64,000 nucleotides of DNA from Carcharhinus longimanus (GCA_030264375.1 JASCQW010000148.1:14742809-14806808); one strand, 5' to 3'; counted from the stretch's first letter, positions 24,999 to 37,825 are shown. Numbers and translations: made by a program. The notes: generated by a model from the sequence alone, not told the origin.

Positions 24999-26479
24999 TG
25001 GTCTCTTCTGAATTGTTATCCTAAACCATTTTATACTTCAATTACTATTGATTAGATGCTCTTTTTTTTACTTCTCTTACTTGCTTTGGTTGATTTTCCA
25101 TTACCAGATTTAATAGAGCAATTTACAGTACTTAACAGCAGGAAGTGCATGACCTAAGAATAAGATCATTGACTTGCTGTGACAAAAATTGCAGAAACCT
25201 TTGGTAGTAAATCGGTTTTGATCATATTGAAAGATAGGAGAATTTCCGATTCCTGTTTCTTAAGATTTTACATTATCTCCTTTGTTGGGCTTCTTGTAAA
25301 TTAGATGAGAAAGGAGTCCTGTGTACAATATAGGAATTCATTCTCTTATCCCCTATAACTCCTCTTTTGGTCAAGTAATTATGGAGTCGTTAAAATTGTG
25401 TCTGATCTTCACTTCCCTAATTTGTTTACATATTTCTTTCTTTTCCTCCCCTCCACTATTGGGTGGTCTGTAATTGATTGTTTTTAACTCCCATTTCAAT
25501 ATACATAGATTCTATTTCTGTCTTATTGATGGCTGGATTATTTATTTTACTGTTGTTGTGTTATCTTACAACAATTCTGCTTACCCTTTTGGCCACTGTC
25601 TTTTCTAGATATGTTATACTCTGCAATGTTTAATCCTGATTTTCCTGGACCAATGTTTCAGTCTCTACTATATTTAATTCCTTGCAGCATATTATTATCC
25701 CCAGTTTCTTTGTTTCACTTCAGAACACTGCTGGTTACTGTATGGTCAATTTAACAAATTTTTAATAGCAGTTTCTCTCATTTTTATCCACCTTTTTACC
25801 CACTTTATTTATTCCATGGCCATCTATATCCTCTTGGTTTAGTCTGCCCCGTGCTCTCCCCTGTTTTGTTTATATTTAAGCTTGTTTATGCTTGTTTCAT
25901 ATTTTGTACATCCCTCCCTGCCATCATACAGGGCTATCTTTGTCACCTCTCTATTCACTCTGTGTTAGGTTCCACTTTATTTCAAGTGGGGTCTGCCCCA
26001 TTGGTACGTCCTCTTTCTTCCCAGTCCTTGGTACCAGTAACCAAGGAACCCTCTTTCCCATACTATCCTTTATAGCCATGCATTAGCTTGTCTGATCTGT
26101 CGCTTCACCAATTCACACTTAACTCAAATATTATTAACCTTGAGGTGCTGTTCTTTTAAATTTAATTCCTATCTCCTGGTAAGGCCGAAGCAATTCCTCC
26201 TCCCTGTTACTACCTATGTCACTTGTTCCAACATGGACCACTACAATTGGATTTAACCGCACTCTTTCCAGATTCCTTCCCAGTTATCTGAGAATGTTGC
26301 ACGGGAACTCTTTTCTGTTTAAAAGACCAGTGTATCCACACTCCGAGAGAAGATACCACACTTAAAGGCTCACCTGTCTGATTGGATAGGACCACTTTGC
26401 AACTCTTGAGGACAAAAGCATAGAAAAGGATGTAGAATCCACACCAAAAGTTATCTGTGGTGGTGGAGGTAGCGGCATT

Positions 26480-26985
26480 CCATATCATAAGATGATTGTT
26501 TGCATCTTGATGGTCAACTTGGTGTAAAGTATCGCCAGGTGGGGCTCAGAAGCCCCAATTTGGCAAGGCATCTCTCCTCCTTTTATTGTAGAGAAAGTCA
26601 GCGAGCTCTGAACATGCACAATTCACTGGCCTCTCTTTACTTTGGACCCTCTTGGCCAGTTGAGCTTCTCATTTATGCTCACCTCTTTAAATGCCCTTTG
26701 GGCAGCATGGTCAGTGCAGGCTTGGAGGGCCAAGGGGCCTGTTCCTGTGCTGTAATTTTCTTTGTTCAAACAGCCAGCCTCCAGAAGTCACAGGGTCAGC
26801 AACCATCTTTCAGTTGTCTATGACCGATTCTGCCATCTTCATATTTCATTTGCAGGTATCCTTGTATTGGAGTTATGGATGCCCAGGAGTCGTGAGCCAC
26901 CAGTCAATTCACCACACTGAAGATCTTTGGGTATGCAACATAGTTGTCATCCACTTGATGAATGTGACCAAGCTAGCCCATGTTT
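26480..26985 (-). mobile_element. RTE-clade LINE 3' fragment
   Basis: The minus strand translates LGHIHQVDDN…IPKDLQCGELTGGSRLLGHP*LQYKDTCK, matching the RTE WLGHV..M….PK.LLYGEL..G.R..G.P…YKD motif. Confidence 0.8.
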
Positions 26986-27289
26986 AGTTGTAGAAAAGAG
27001 GATAAAAATAGCAAAGGAAATTTTTAAATTGAATATGGAAAAAATGAAGGTTAAAATAAAGCTTTTTCTAAAAAAAAATTAGAATGAAGAGAGAAAGCTG
27101 TGGGGACACAGTGGGATTGTCTGAAGGTATGACAAATAATCCTTTTGCAGGCTGTAAAAGTGAAAAGTAATTTGCTGCTATGTTTGCAGAGGAGAAGACA
27201 AGTAACCTATTCAGTCTGGAAAGGACAGGGTAAATGGGACATTATTCACCTTACTATTCAACCTGGTTGCTGTGCAGACTTCATGTAAA

Positions 27290-27525
27290 TAAATCTCAGA
27301 GGCCAGAGAAGATGCATTCATGGATCCTTAAGGACACTGCAGGGACTCTGACACTAATCTTCCAGAAATCACTGAATACTGGAGAGGCCCCTGGGGATTG
27401 ATGAAAGGCAGATGTTGCACCTTTTTTTAAAAAGTGTTAGCAAAAGTAATCCAGGAAACTAAAATTGATGATTTTGAATATCCATTGTGGGGTAAAGTTG
27501 TGGAGATTCTTATTGAAGATATAAG
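27290..27525 (+). mobile_element. CR1 RT N-terminal fragment
   Basis: TLIFQKSLNTGEAPGD**KADVAPFFKK…SNPGN-like sequence. Confidence 0.7.
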
Positions 27526-27869
27526 ATCGTGGTGTTGAAATGATCTGTAAAATGATGAGGGAATTACTATAATTTATATAATTTCCATAAAAAGAAACAC
27601 ATTACCACACTATAATGCACATTGCAGAAATGGTTACATATCTTTCTACTAATATCCAATTTTCAGAAAGCGCAATTTTCTGAATCAAGGCAATAGTGCA
27701 GGGTGGTGATGCAGATAATGATAGCCAGTGTGTGACAGGAAGGGACAAAATAAAACATAAGAGTGCACCAGCAAATCAGGTCAGAATAGGGAGAAACAGC
27801 AGCTATCTCGAGTCCTGACAGATTTTCATCAGCTCAGAGTGGGAAACGCAATGTATGCAGAATAGACCT

Positions 27870-28030
27870 GGTAGAAATGAGAGGTGATCTTATCAAAACA
27901 TACAAGGTTCTGGAGGGGTTTTGACAGGATAGGTGCTGACAACGTGTTGTATCTTGAGGGAATTTAGAACTATGGGTTCACAGTTTAAAAATCAGAGGTC
28001 TCCCACTTAGAGAAGGAAATGAGAAGTTTC
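27870..28030 (+). mobile_element. CR1 3' ORF2 fragment
   Basis: MRGDLIKTYKVLEG… motif (agaggtgatcttatcaaaacatacaagg). Confidence 0.75.
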
Positions 28031-28345
28031 ATAATAGAATACCTACAGTGCAGTAGGAGACCATTTGGTCCATTTGAGCCTGCACTGACAACAATCCCAC
28101 CCAGGCCACATATCCCGCAATTCCACGTATTTACCTTGCTAGTCCCCTTGATACTAAGGGACAATTTAGTATGGCCAATCCACCTAACCCCACACATCTT
28201 TGGAGTTCGGTAGGAAACTGGTGCGCCCAGAAGAAACCCACGCTTTCTTCTGTGGGTTTCAGAAAGCGGGAAGAATGTACAAACTCCACACAGACAGTGA
28301 CTTGAGGCTGGAATTGATCCCTGGCGCTGTGAGACAGCAGTGCTC
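28031..28345 (-). mobile_element. HE1-like SINE
   Basis: Tail atagaatacctacagtgcag, V-domain and ggaattgatccc B-box-like head. Confidence 0.85.
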
Positions 28346-28429
28346 TTTGTCCTTGTACTATCAGTTACAGCGTTTTTTTAAATTCATCTTACCTTAACTT
28401 GTCATCATCTTTCACACTTATTTCTGTTC

Positions 28430-28570
28430 GATTTGCTTTGCTCCAAGTCAACAATTCCAAATTCCCCAACCTAACCTTATAGATAAATTCCCTCATCCTT
28501 GAAATCATTCTGATAAATCTTCTCTGCACCCTGTCAAGGACCTTCACATTCTTTCTAAAGTATGCTGATA
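28430..28570 (-). mobile_element. CR1 fragment
   Basis: ORF 28389..28634(-): YFRKNVKVLDRVQRRFIRMISRMREFIYKVRL. Confidence 0.75.
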
Positions 28571-28699
28571 CCCCAGAGAAGGTCTCAACTGAAATGTATA
28601 CTATTCCAACCCTTTGACCAGGTTTGGTTTCCAAACTTAGGAGCCAGTTGCACTCATCTGGATAACCAATGATGCTATCCCTGACGTTGATAATCTACA

Positions 28700-28804
28700 T
28701 CTGAATTAAGCATGTTGCTGTGGGAATTCAGAACCTTCCACACACCTGACGAAGGAACACCGTTTCCGAAAGCTTGTGGGATTACTATCAAATAAACTGG
28801 TTGG
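28700..28804 (+). mobile_element. Penelope terminal (pLTR) fragment, cut by gap
   Basis: cacctgacgaaggaacaccgtttccgaaagcttgtg…aaataaactggttgg. Confidence 0.75.
28743..28778 (+). ncRNA. Minimal type-I hammerhead-ribozyme-like motif (Penelope type)
   Basis: CAC-CUGACGA-A-GGAA(caccgu)UUCC-GAAA-GC-UU-GUG. Stem I is CAC/GUG, both core boxes are intact, and stem III is the palindrome AGCU. Confidence 0.55.
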
Positions 28805-29100
28805 NNNNNNNNNNNNNNNNNNNNNNNNNNNNNNNNNNNNNNNNNNNNNNNNNNNNNNNNNNNNNNNNNNNNNNNNNNNNNNNNNNNNNNNNNNNNNNNN
28901 NNNNNNNNNNNNNNNNNNNNNNNNNCTTGGCCAACGTGAGATACTGCCTCCCTCAGCAAATGGGATGTCTTTCCCTTCTGTGCCAAATTTGAAATTTTAC
29001 CTCTTAAAATTGAAGAAGTGGGTGGAGTGTTTTAAATCCAGATCTGTTTGGGCTATCTACTTATAAATTAGAAACATTTACTCCAACTTGAACACACCAA

Positions 29101-29437
29101 AGGCGACACAGTGGTTAGCACTGCTGCCTCATAGTGCCGGGGATCTGGGTTCAATTCCAACCTCGGGTGACTATCTGTATGGAGTTTGCACGTTCTCCCC
29201 GTCCCTGCATGTGTTTCTTTAGGGTGCTCTGGTTTCCAATCCAAAGATATGCAGGATAGATGGATTGGCCATGCTAAATTGTCTTTTCATATCCCAAGAT
29301 GTGTAGGTTAGATGGATTAGCCATGGTGAAGGTTCTGGGTCATGGGGATAGGGCGGGGGTGAGGGTCTGGGCAACATACTCTGTCAGTGCAGACTCGTTT
29401 GGCTGAATGGCATCCTTTTCACTTGTAGGGATTCTAT
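29101..29437 (+). mobile_element. HE1-like V-SINE, full length
   Basis: cacagtggttagcactgctgcctc (A box), gggttcaattcc (B box), V-domain and tail gtagggattctat. Confidence 0.9.
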
Positions 29438-29759
29438 TGTTAGATTTTTGTTGCACCTTAGCTAACCAAATCACGTGTCTGGAACTTAAGAAAATGAGAT
29501 CTTGCCAGCTTCCAACGTAGGGAGTAACGTAGCCCATTACAATATTGGAATGTAAGCTTGTCTGACGACTCAAGTTTAATGGAATTATGAAGCTATTAGA
29601 AAAAAAGTATTAGTGTCAGTTTATCAGCATCTTCCAAGCTGTAGAAACTTGCCAAAGGGGATACATTATTTTCCATATGGATAAGTAACGCAGTATGTAC
29701 ATCAACTTTCAGTTTAAAACCATGGGACATAATCACTAGTAAATCACAGGATTCAAAAG

Positions 29760-29985
29760 AAACATCTTTACCCAGTGATTGGTGATGATGTAGAGCTGAC
29801 TCCCACATGAAGTGGTTGAGTAGCATAGATGGATTAAGATAAGCTAGATAAACACATGAAAGAGAAAAGGATAAGAATGAAATAATATGTTGTAGAGTGA
29901 GATGAGAGTAGGAGGAAGCGTGTGTGGAGCATAAGCACCAGCTTAGAACAGTTTGGCCAAATGGTCTGTTTCGGTGCTGTATAAT
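29760..29985 (+). mobile_element. Old CR1 3' end
   Basis: tttacccagtga…aagctagataaacacatga…tggagcataagcacca…tggccaaatggtctgtttcggtgctgta. Confidence 0.7.
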
Positions 29986-31159
29986 TAATTTTATCGTAGT
30001 GATTTAAAAAATGAAACGAAAAGGCAAAAAAGTGGAATTTTTCATTCAGAGACAAATCTTTCTAACAAGGGTTACTTTTTAATCTGCAAAGATATTCTTT
30101 CCAAGGTAATTAATTTATTATACTTGTTTTGTACTTTTTATTGTTTGCCAAATGTTTTGTACTTCAAATGTATCTAGTTATAATAATAGGTGCTGCACTC
30201 TGTTCAACTAATTTGAAAACTGCAATGAGTAGTGAAGGTGTAGCAAAATCCAACAAGTAGTTAATTGCAAGTAGGGCAATTGCTGGAACTCAGGCTACCC
30301 AGGATGATTTACAGGAGACACCTTCTGTATCATAGGGAAGAATATCTGTCAGTGGGAAGCACTGTGAAATTACTTGCTGAGAAAATGGTATTATTAAAAA
30401 ATCCTAATGTAACACCTGCTCTGTAAATGCACCCAACTATTACATACATAGCTAGCATAGAACAGATAACAGCTGCTTGGATTGACAATCATGAGAAAGT
30501 ATCTGGATTGTAAAAAGTATGAAACATTTCATAAATGAAAGGGTTGGCAATTTACGTCAGTTTGAGAAAAATAAACAACTGTGCTGGTGAAAAGGCTGGC
30601 CTGGTGACCACTAGAAATCATTTTTACTCTGGCATGTTGCTGATTACTCACAGCAGCAGTTTTATATTGAAATGCTGGCCATTATATTTGACTATTTTTC
30701 ATCTTGTTGCTGAGGTTGAACATTAATTGGTTCTCTTGTGTATAAGTTGTTGTTGTTCCACTTTGTATTAGAACTCAAAGCTGCAGTATCCTTGGCTTTG
30801 TAACCCGTGAATTTAGATTCCTGACGTCCTGCACCAGTGAAATACACAATGACTTTTGACAGACTGAACTATCAATCTCAGCAGTGCCAACTTCTGAAAG
30901 CATCAGAGGACAAACCAAGGCATGAGATCAGTATTACCCTGCTGATCTTTTACATCACCTAATAATGAATTAAAGAGCATGCTTGCTACCTCAAATATAG
31001 TTATTCATTGTGCATTGTGGAATAGAAGCTTGTGTTATTCTTGACAGGATAACCTTCACATTTTAATGAACCTACAAACTTGTGTTTCTGATTAACAATG
31101 ATTTTATTACTGCTCCCTTTATTATAATACTGAGTACGATTGATCTTAAAATTTTATTT

Positions 31160-31915
31160 TTATTAATTAGGGATACGGGCATCACTCACAAGGCCAGCAT
31201 TTGTTGTCTATCCCTAATTTCATGTGAGCAGATGGTGATGAACTGCTGTAGTCCATGTCGTATAGGTATACGTACCATACTGTTAGGAAGGGAGTTCCTG
31301 GATTTTGACCCAGGAACAGTGAAGAGGGTGAGGTACTTGCAGGTAGTGATGTTTCCATGCATTTGCAGTCCTTTGTCATTTGTGCTTCTAGCTGATAGAA
31401 GCCACAACTTCAGACGGTGCTGTCAAAGGAGGCTTGATGAACTGCATTATATCTTCTATGCCACTACATTGGTGGTTTAAGGTCGTGGATGGGATGCCAA
31501 ACAAGTGGGCTTTGTCCTAAATGGTGGCAAGTTCTTGAGTGTTTTTGGAACTGCAAACACCCAGGCAAGTGGAGAGCATCCCATCACACTTCTGACTTGT
31601 GCCTTGTAGATGGTCCACATGCTTTGAGGGGAATGTCAAGAAGTGAGTTACTAGCCACAGAGTTCCCAGTGACTAACTTGATCTTCTAGCTACAATACTT
31701 TTTTAGCTAATCCAGTTCATTTTCAGGTCACTAGTAATCCCCAGGATGTTGATAGTGGGGATTTAGTGATGATGATGTCATTCAATTTCAAGGGGAAATA
31801 GTTAGATTCTCTTTTGTTGGAGATGGCCATTGCCTGGTACTTGTGTGGCATGAAAGTTTCTTGTCACTTATTAGCTCAGATTTGAATATTGTCTTGCTGC
31901 CTATGGATATTGATG
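31160..31915 (-). mobile_element. 3' part of the 8789-11750 LINE family
   Basis: aggccagcatttgttgtctatccctaatt…ccaggcaagtggagag…ccaggatgttgatagtgggg is the reverse complement of about 11030-11750. Confidence 0.85.
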
Positions 31916-34696
31916 GTTTTGTACTTAAAGTTATGATTGACAACTGCACAATGATCAACTTTTGCAGTGTAATGTAATTAAATATTACATCATGGATAAA
32001 TTAAGCTTAGTTACATAGTTTTTAAATGTGTTGACATAAACACTTACAAATGTGTGTATGGTTGCTGAGTGTGAAAATGGCTATGTTGAAATAATAGTAT
32101 TTTTTAAAGGACACATTTAAATTGCAATTAAATGTTGAAAGTTCTTTAGTAATGTTATTCTTACTGTGCTAACAATTTAATTGGTAAAATTGTTGGACTC
32201 TTATGTGATGGAATGACTTTGTGGAAGCATCATTGCAAGACTAAACAAGAAAGATCCCAGCTGACATCTTGCTTCCACACTGCATTTATTGTTGCACAGG
32301 TTCCTCTAATTTGCATGGTAAGAAGTGAAGTATTTTAGAAAATAGCAAATTTGTAGATTATTCATGAATAAAGGATAATATACAGTTGGTAAATACGTAG
32401 CAACAATTTTTATTTTAAATTAAAGTTAATTTAGAGAACTACAAGGAAGTTAAGAAATATGGTATATCTGATTATTTGTATTTTTGATGAAGCCTGGAAA
32501 AAAGTGTTTCCTCAAAGCACTTAGTATTTTCTCATCTCCCTTTGGCTCCGTAATTAAATTGGTTTAACTTGGTTCTGTTACAATGATGTTTTCTTACAAT
32601 TAGTAAGGAAAGGAAACTTTTTGACCCCATAGAGTATCCCCAGCACACATTTGTTGAATCAGTCCAAAACTCCACCTGTATAAACGAAGTTTTCATTTCC
32701 TGTGTTGTGCTATTCTTCAATTACTGTTTCTAAGCCTTGTGTAACTGCTGTTTGGCACTTCGGAAAAATTATATGGAACTGATGCATTCAGTTCTCTAAT
32801 GAGATGGATTTTGGGTCGTTATTTATGAAATTCAGATGTTTTATCATTCGTTTCAGAGAGGATAATGGTTTACTCTGTGCGTAGCAAATAACATTAAATT
32901 CAGTGTACGTACTTTGCATGAGATAAATTATACTTAATCTTGATACTGAGAAGAATTGGGAGATTAATTAGTGTATGTGTGGCATAAAGTAAAGGCATGA
33001 AGAAATCCATCAATGGTGCCAACCTTGGGAATTGATTCCAGGTAGCCTTTATGGATACTAAGGGTTATAAAATTGAGAGTGTTGTGCCCATTTTAAAAAC
33101 AGACATCCATTAGGGTTTGTGGAATGCATTTGTATATTTTGAGCAGTACATGATATGCATATAAACACCATATCGAAGGCCTGTACCCAAACCAGGCCTT
33201 TGACCTTCTGCATGTATAAATATGACACTTTCTGCCTCTTTATCAAATTGATTTCCTCTGAATTCAACCAGACTGTCCAGAAAAACAAAGTCAACATGCA
33301 GCCAAAACAGCAGTGCTTGAAGGGACCATTGGAAGTCATCACCAAATTAGAGGTTTTTTTTAAATGTCTGAATGAACCACATTAGAATCATGGGTCGCTA
33401 CTCACCCATATGTTCAACTTCATCTCTATCCCCTCACTTCCAACTGCTTATCAATTTCATCTCGTTAGTCTTTCCTTTCAAATTACTTATCCACAATGCA
33501 GTTGATTGTTTTACACTTTCTTCCAAGACCTATTTAATGACAGATAAAGCCTTCTACTGGGAGCTGCTCTTGCACTACTCTCTTCCTCTCCCTTTCAGCA
33601 GCCGGCCCTGATTTGTATGGCTTCAGTTTATTCTCCAAGTCATACTGGATTTGGGAATGGCTACCAGTGCCCCTATGTCATGGAGCAAGTAATTTGTGCA
33701 GAAGCTATAAAGTCAGCAAAAACTCCTTGAGCATCTGCCAAAACCTTTCCCTGCAGACTTTGGCAACCTTAAATAATGAGAGCGAAATACCAAACAGTTG
33801 TAGAACCTAAACAACAACCAGAGGTCAACTAACAACTAAAATCTAAGTGCTTGTGACATTAAAAGAGGACATTAGCTAGATAATTAAGTTTCAAAATAGC
33901 ATGCTGGTGCCATATCAGCATTACACACCCAATGCCGTTTTGGACACCAAACAGTGCCCACAACACCTAAACATGGGCACCATTGATCCAAATTAACATC
34001 ATCTGGCTTCTTGTCAGATTGTTATAACATAAAAGGGGTTTAATTGAGGAAATGATTTCATTCAAATTTCCTAACAAGTGGGCACTTGGGAATATTGGTA
34101 CCGTGTTTAACGAACACAGACTGCTTCATTTTTAGAAACCATGGTAAAAAGTAAGAACAACAGTGAGAGAAACGATTTTTGGCACTGCCAGCACCCACTG
34201 CCCTCAATTTTCTTCTCCCATCTTTCACAGCGAGTGTATTGTATATAGAATTTTAACAATTGAACATAGAGTTTTAACAAAAGCTATCAGTCATAGGAAA
34301 TGGGGACATCTATACAAGCAAACCTAAGTATCCACCAGAACATTATTTTTCCATCAATGTCATACAGCCCTCCATCCTTTTTTCTCGATCTCTTTTTCAA
34401 GGTGTTTGGGCTAACTCACTTAGTCTTCGAGACCTATGATGTCTTGTCCTAGTAAAACTGCTGTGTTAATGGGGTTGACATAATAGCCTTTCCCTTGTCA
34501 TGTCAATTGATGCCTATCTAAAGTGCCTTTGTGTGCAGGTGTTGAAATATAATTTATTTTTAACCAAATCATGAAACATTGAAAGCCAACATTTTTTTAT
34601 TTCTGCTCTGAAAAATTGGGATGGCTGATCAAAGTGAAAGGGAAGTATACTTCTGTAGTATCTATCCATCACAGAAATGTCCCGTGTAATATCTGT

Positions 34697-35075
34697 GGGT
34701 AGAATTTTCCACTCTGTGTACTGAATATGGGCTGAAGTGAGAAAACGAGTGTGCAGCTCTCCAACTGCACAGCTAGGTTTTCTCTTGATAATCTGGCATT
34801 CTATGCACAAAAGAATCTCGAAACATGGCCTTCACCATCATGATGGTGGGGCGGAATCTCACAGCATGCAATGCTGGCTCAACAGAGATTAGAGCGCCAT
34901 TTTTAAAGAACACCCGATCGACACTTGAATTGCATCCCCACCCCCACCCACCCCCACATGGATACAGGAAATCTTACCCCCCCCGAACTGAGGCAAACCT
35001 CCCCTCCCAGTGGAGCTTTCCAAATGGCCAGCCCCTTGCATGGCCCCCTCATTTTCCAATTCTCGTGAAATTTTA
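34697..35075. mobile_element. Harbinger-type MITE fragment
   Basis: Starts gggtagaattttcc and has a relatively CpG-rich body (gcgccatttttaaag) with a C-rich tract. Confidence 0.5.
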
Positions 35076-35128
35076 TGCTTGCATTACCATTCATGCTTGC
35101 AGCGGACATGAGTGCAAATGTCATGGAG

Positions 35129-35278
35129 ATGTACCAATCTGGTATCAATATTTCGCCGAAATGTACCTTTCTGGTACCAATGTCACCAGAGTGTATGTAT
35201 CTGTGTGGTATCTAAAAGTCACTAGAATGTATGTGCTATCTATATATCACCTGAATGTACCTGTGAGGTCCCTACATG
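35129..35278. repeat. Degenerate minisatellite (about 25-36-bp units starting atgtac/atgtat)
   Basis: atgtaccaatctggtatcaa / atgtacctttctggtaccaa / atgtatctgtgtggtatcta / atgtacctgtgaggtcc. Confidence 0.5.
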
Positions 35279-36764
35279 TTGAAGAATAACTTTAAGGAAG
35301 ACTTCATCTCTACTTTCTGAAGAGATTTCTTCTGATTTCTGAACTGCTAATTTTTTTGGTTGTTTACTTCCACATTAATAATGACATCTGGCTGAGTTAT
35401 GTAAAATTATTTTGTCTATGCCTTTTCTCAAATCAATTCACGCTGCATGATTGTTCTGGCATGACTGTTTCATTACTTTCTTGTTTGAACGAGACACTCC
35501 GGAAAAGCCTTTTGGAGGTGGTTAAATATTAGCTGTGTGTTAAAATTCAAGGAGCTTTCAGGCATTGATCCTGTTAAAGGGCAGATATGAAGACATATTG
35601 TTGGCAATGTACTACAAGCTGAAGACACAGAGCTCAGTGTTTGTGCGACCAAAGTAGAAAGCAGTAATGTTCTTGAGCAAAGTTGCAGTTTTATGGCATC
35701 GTAATTTGAAATTATTATCAAAAAGCTAAGGTTTCCCTTTAATTTTAAATGTGATAAATCAAGCATATATTAAAAACGTCAATGTTACACCCTGTGAATG
35801 TGAATATTAGTGTAAAAATGTTCATGCATTTGTATGAGATTCTATTGTCTGTTAAGTTACAGTCAATGGCTTAACATCTCAGTTAAAACAGTAGACAAAG
35901 GAATTTCAGTGCACAATACGCTAATATTGCAGCGTGTGCTTTCAAGTCCTCTCGGTGCAGTGATGCTTTGTTCTCATTTAGATTCAGTTGATTTATCCCA
36001 TCGAAACTGTGGCTGTTTCATGAATTTTAATACATCTTATCCAACCAAAGTAGGTAGCACTATTGTTCACAGATCTCCCAGCTGCGTTTCCCAAATTGGT
36101 GGTGTTTCTATTGCACCACCCTCCTTGGAGACAATAAAAATTTGGCTTTTTGCATCCCACCATTGCTGGGATGCACCACTGTTCCTGTTTATCCCCCTCC
36201 TGTACCTAGGTGCAAACTACATGCCATCACTTCCTCCCTGAGCTCTTTCCAGTGTTTGCCCTCTCCACCCTGCTGCAACATCAGTCTAAGAACATCCTCA
36301 AGCCCAATAAGTAATTTGAAATATTACAGCGACTGTTGGAGAGACCCATTTAAGAAACGTGTCCACCCTTCCCCGCTGCTCCTGAATCCTGATGCCCATT
36401 CTTGGGACTAATAGAGGTTATTGTTGCAGTGGGACTGAGAACTGGATTGTGGCAGGGGTAGTACTGGAGACAATGCGTTTCCCTTGTGGGAAATATATGT
36501 TACTTAATATTAATAGTCATCCCTATTTTAGATAAAACTGACTTTACCAGTTCACTAATGGTGAAAACATTTTAAGAAATTTTCCTTTCTCATCAGCCCC
36601 AACCTTAAGTACCCATGCATATCTTCCCTTCTGCTGTTGCTTGCTGTTTGACTCCTTTGTCAGCACCCAGGGCTTCCAATTCAGTGTTTCTGAGATCAGT
36701 ACTTTCATACCTAGCAGCTGTAATTCTCTCCCAGTCTGTTTGCAACAACCAGATGAGATCATAC

Positions 36765-37025
36765 CAAGTTTGTAAAAAGATCATACTGACAGTATTCTGA
36801 GAAGAGCAGGGAGGTTCTTCCTGCATCCCAACCAACATTTATCCCTCAACCAAAACCACTAAACCAGACGGTTTAGTCTTTTATCTCCTTGCTTGCTGTT
36901 TGTGGAACCTAGCTGTACTGAAAGTGGCTGTAGTGTTTGCCTAGATTGCAATAATGCTAACATTTCAATGATACAAAATAACTTTGGTCCTAAGCACATA
37001 AGAGGTGCTATATTAAAGCAGGTTA
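36765..37025 (+). mobile_element. Deu-domain SINE, older copy
   Basis: gaagagcagggaggttcttcc…accaacatttatccctcaacc…ttgctgtttgtggaacctagctgt…aggtgctatattaaagca. Confidence 0.7.
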
Positions 37026-37261
37026 CTTTCCTTTTTTCCTTTCATAAGTTAAACTTTTGTTTCAGATATTTTATATTGAGTGAACAGTCATTAGTAAATC
37101 AAAGCCTCCCCATATAGATTATACTTCTACCTCTAGACCAGTCTAAAGCTGGGGTCTTAAAAATGGTTAGGCAGGCATGGTCACCAAGACACACAATGGT
37201 ATTTATTAATAGGCAACTTATATTTTATTCTCTGAGCACTAACTACTAAATAGCATTTGAT

Positions 37262-37573
37262 GTTCAGAGACTATTTCCTCGGGTGGATATAGCTGTTACT
37301 AGGGGGCATAAGTATAAGGTTCATGGTGGGAGATATGGGAGGGATGTCTGAGGTAGATTCTTCACTCAGAGAATGGTGGGGGTGTGGAATGCATTGCCTG
37401 CTGTGATAGTGGAGTCGGACACTTTAAAAACTTTCAAGCTGCTATTGGATAGGCACATGGAGCACACCAAAATTATAGAGAGTGGGATAGCTTGATCTTG
37501 GGTTTGGACATAGCTCGGCACAACATTGAGGGCTAAAGGGCCTGTACTGTGCTGTACTGTTCTATGTTCTATC
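37262..37573 (+). mobile_element. CR1/HER1-like 3' end, relatively young
   Basis: ttcactcagagaatggtgggggtgtggaatgcattgcc…gggctaaagggcctgtactgtgctgtactgttctatgttctat tail. Confidence 0.85.
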
Positions 37574-37579
37574 TTTACT

Positions 37580-37825
37580 TTGGTTCCCACCCCCCCTGCC
37601 ACAATAGTTTAATCTTCCTGTGTGACACTAGCAAACCTCCCAGCTAGAATATATATGCCTTTCCAGTTTAGATGCAACCTGTCCTTCTTGTACAGGTCAC
37701 ACCTGCCCTGAAGAGACCCCAGTGGTCCAGATATCTGAAACTGTCCCTACTACACCAGCTATTTAGCCATGCATTGAGCTGCACTATCTTCCTATTACCA
37801 GCCTCACTGGCACATGGCACTGAGA
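37580..37825 (-). mobile_element. CR1 ORF1 SGNH-esterase C-terminal fragment
   Basis: Minus strand VPCASEAGNRKIVQLNAWLNSWCSRDSFRYLDHWGLF / CDLYKKDRLHLNWKG, containing the DxxH block and one frameshift. Confidence 0.8.

Larger units (their letters stand above)
22480..26290 (-). mobile_element. Old, nearly full-length CR1 LINE (ORF1 esterase, ORF2 APE-RT, 3' region) with nested inserts
   Basis: The minus strand gives PIVVVHVGTSDIGSNR (26250-26203; GTND-like block of an SGNH esterase) and a decayed FADD (atttgcaaatggcaccaaattgg, near 23330). The 3' region lies near 22500-22900. Confidence 0.7.

Noticed and set aside
29101-29170. tRNA genes suggested by A/B boxes (also at 1290-1356, 12550-12620, 41089-41175, 58539-58630)
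   Set aside because: Each continues into a SINE body and no complete cloverleaf is evident, so they are tRNA-derived SINE heads.
35129-35278. CRISPR-like repeat-spacer pattern
   Set aside because: Units are degenerate along their whole length and vary in size, so this is a decayed minisatellite in a eukaryote.
34825-35289. 154-aa ORF, the longest in the track
   Set aside because: It spans a MITE C-rich tract and a minisatellite and shows no protein-family motif.
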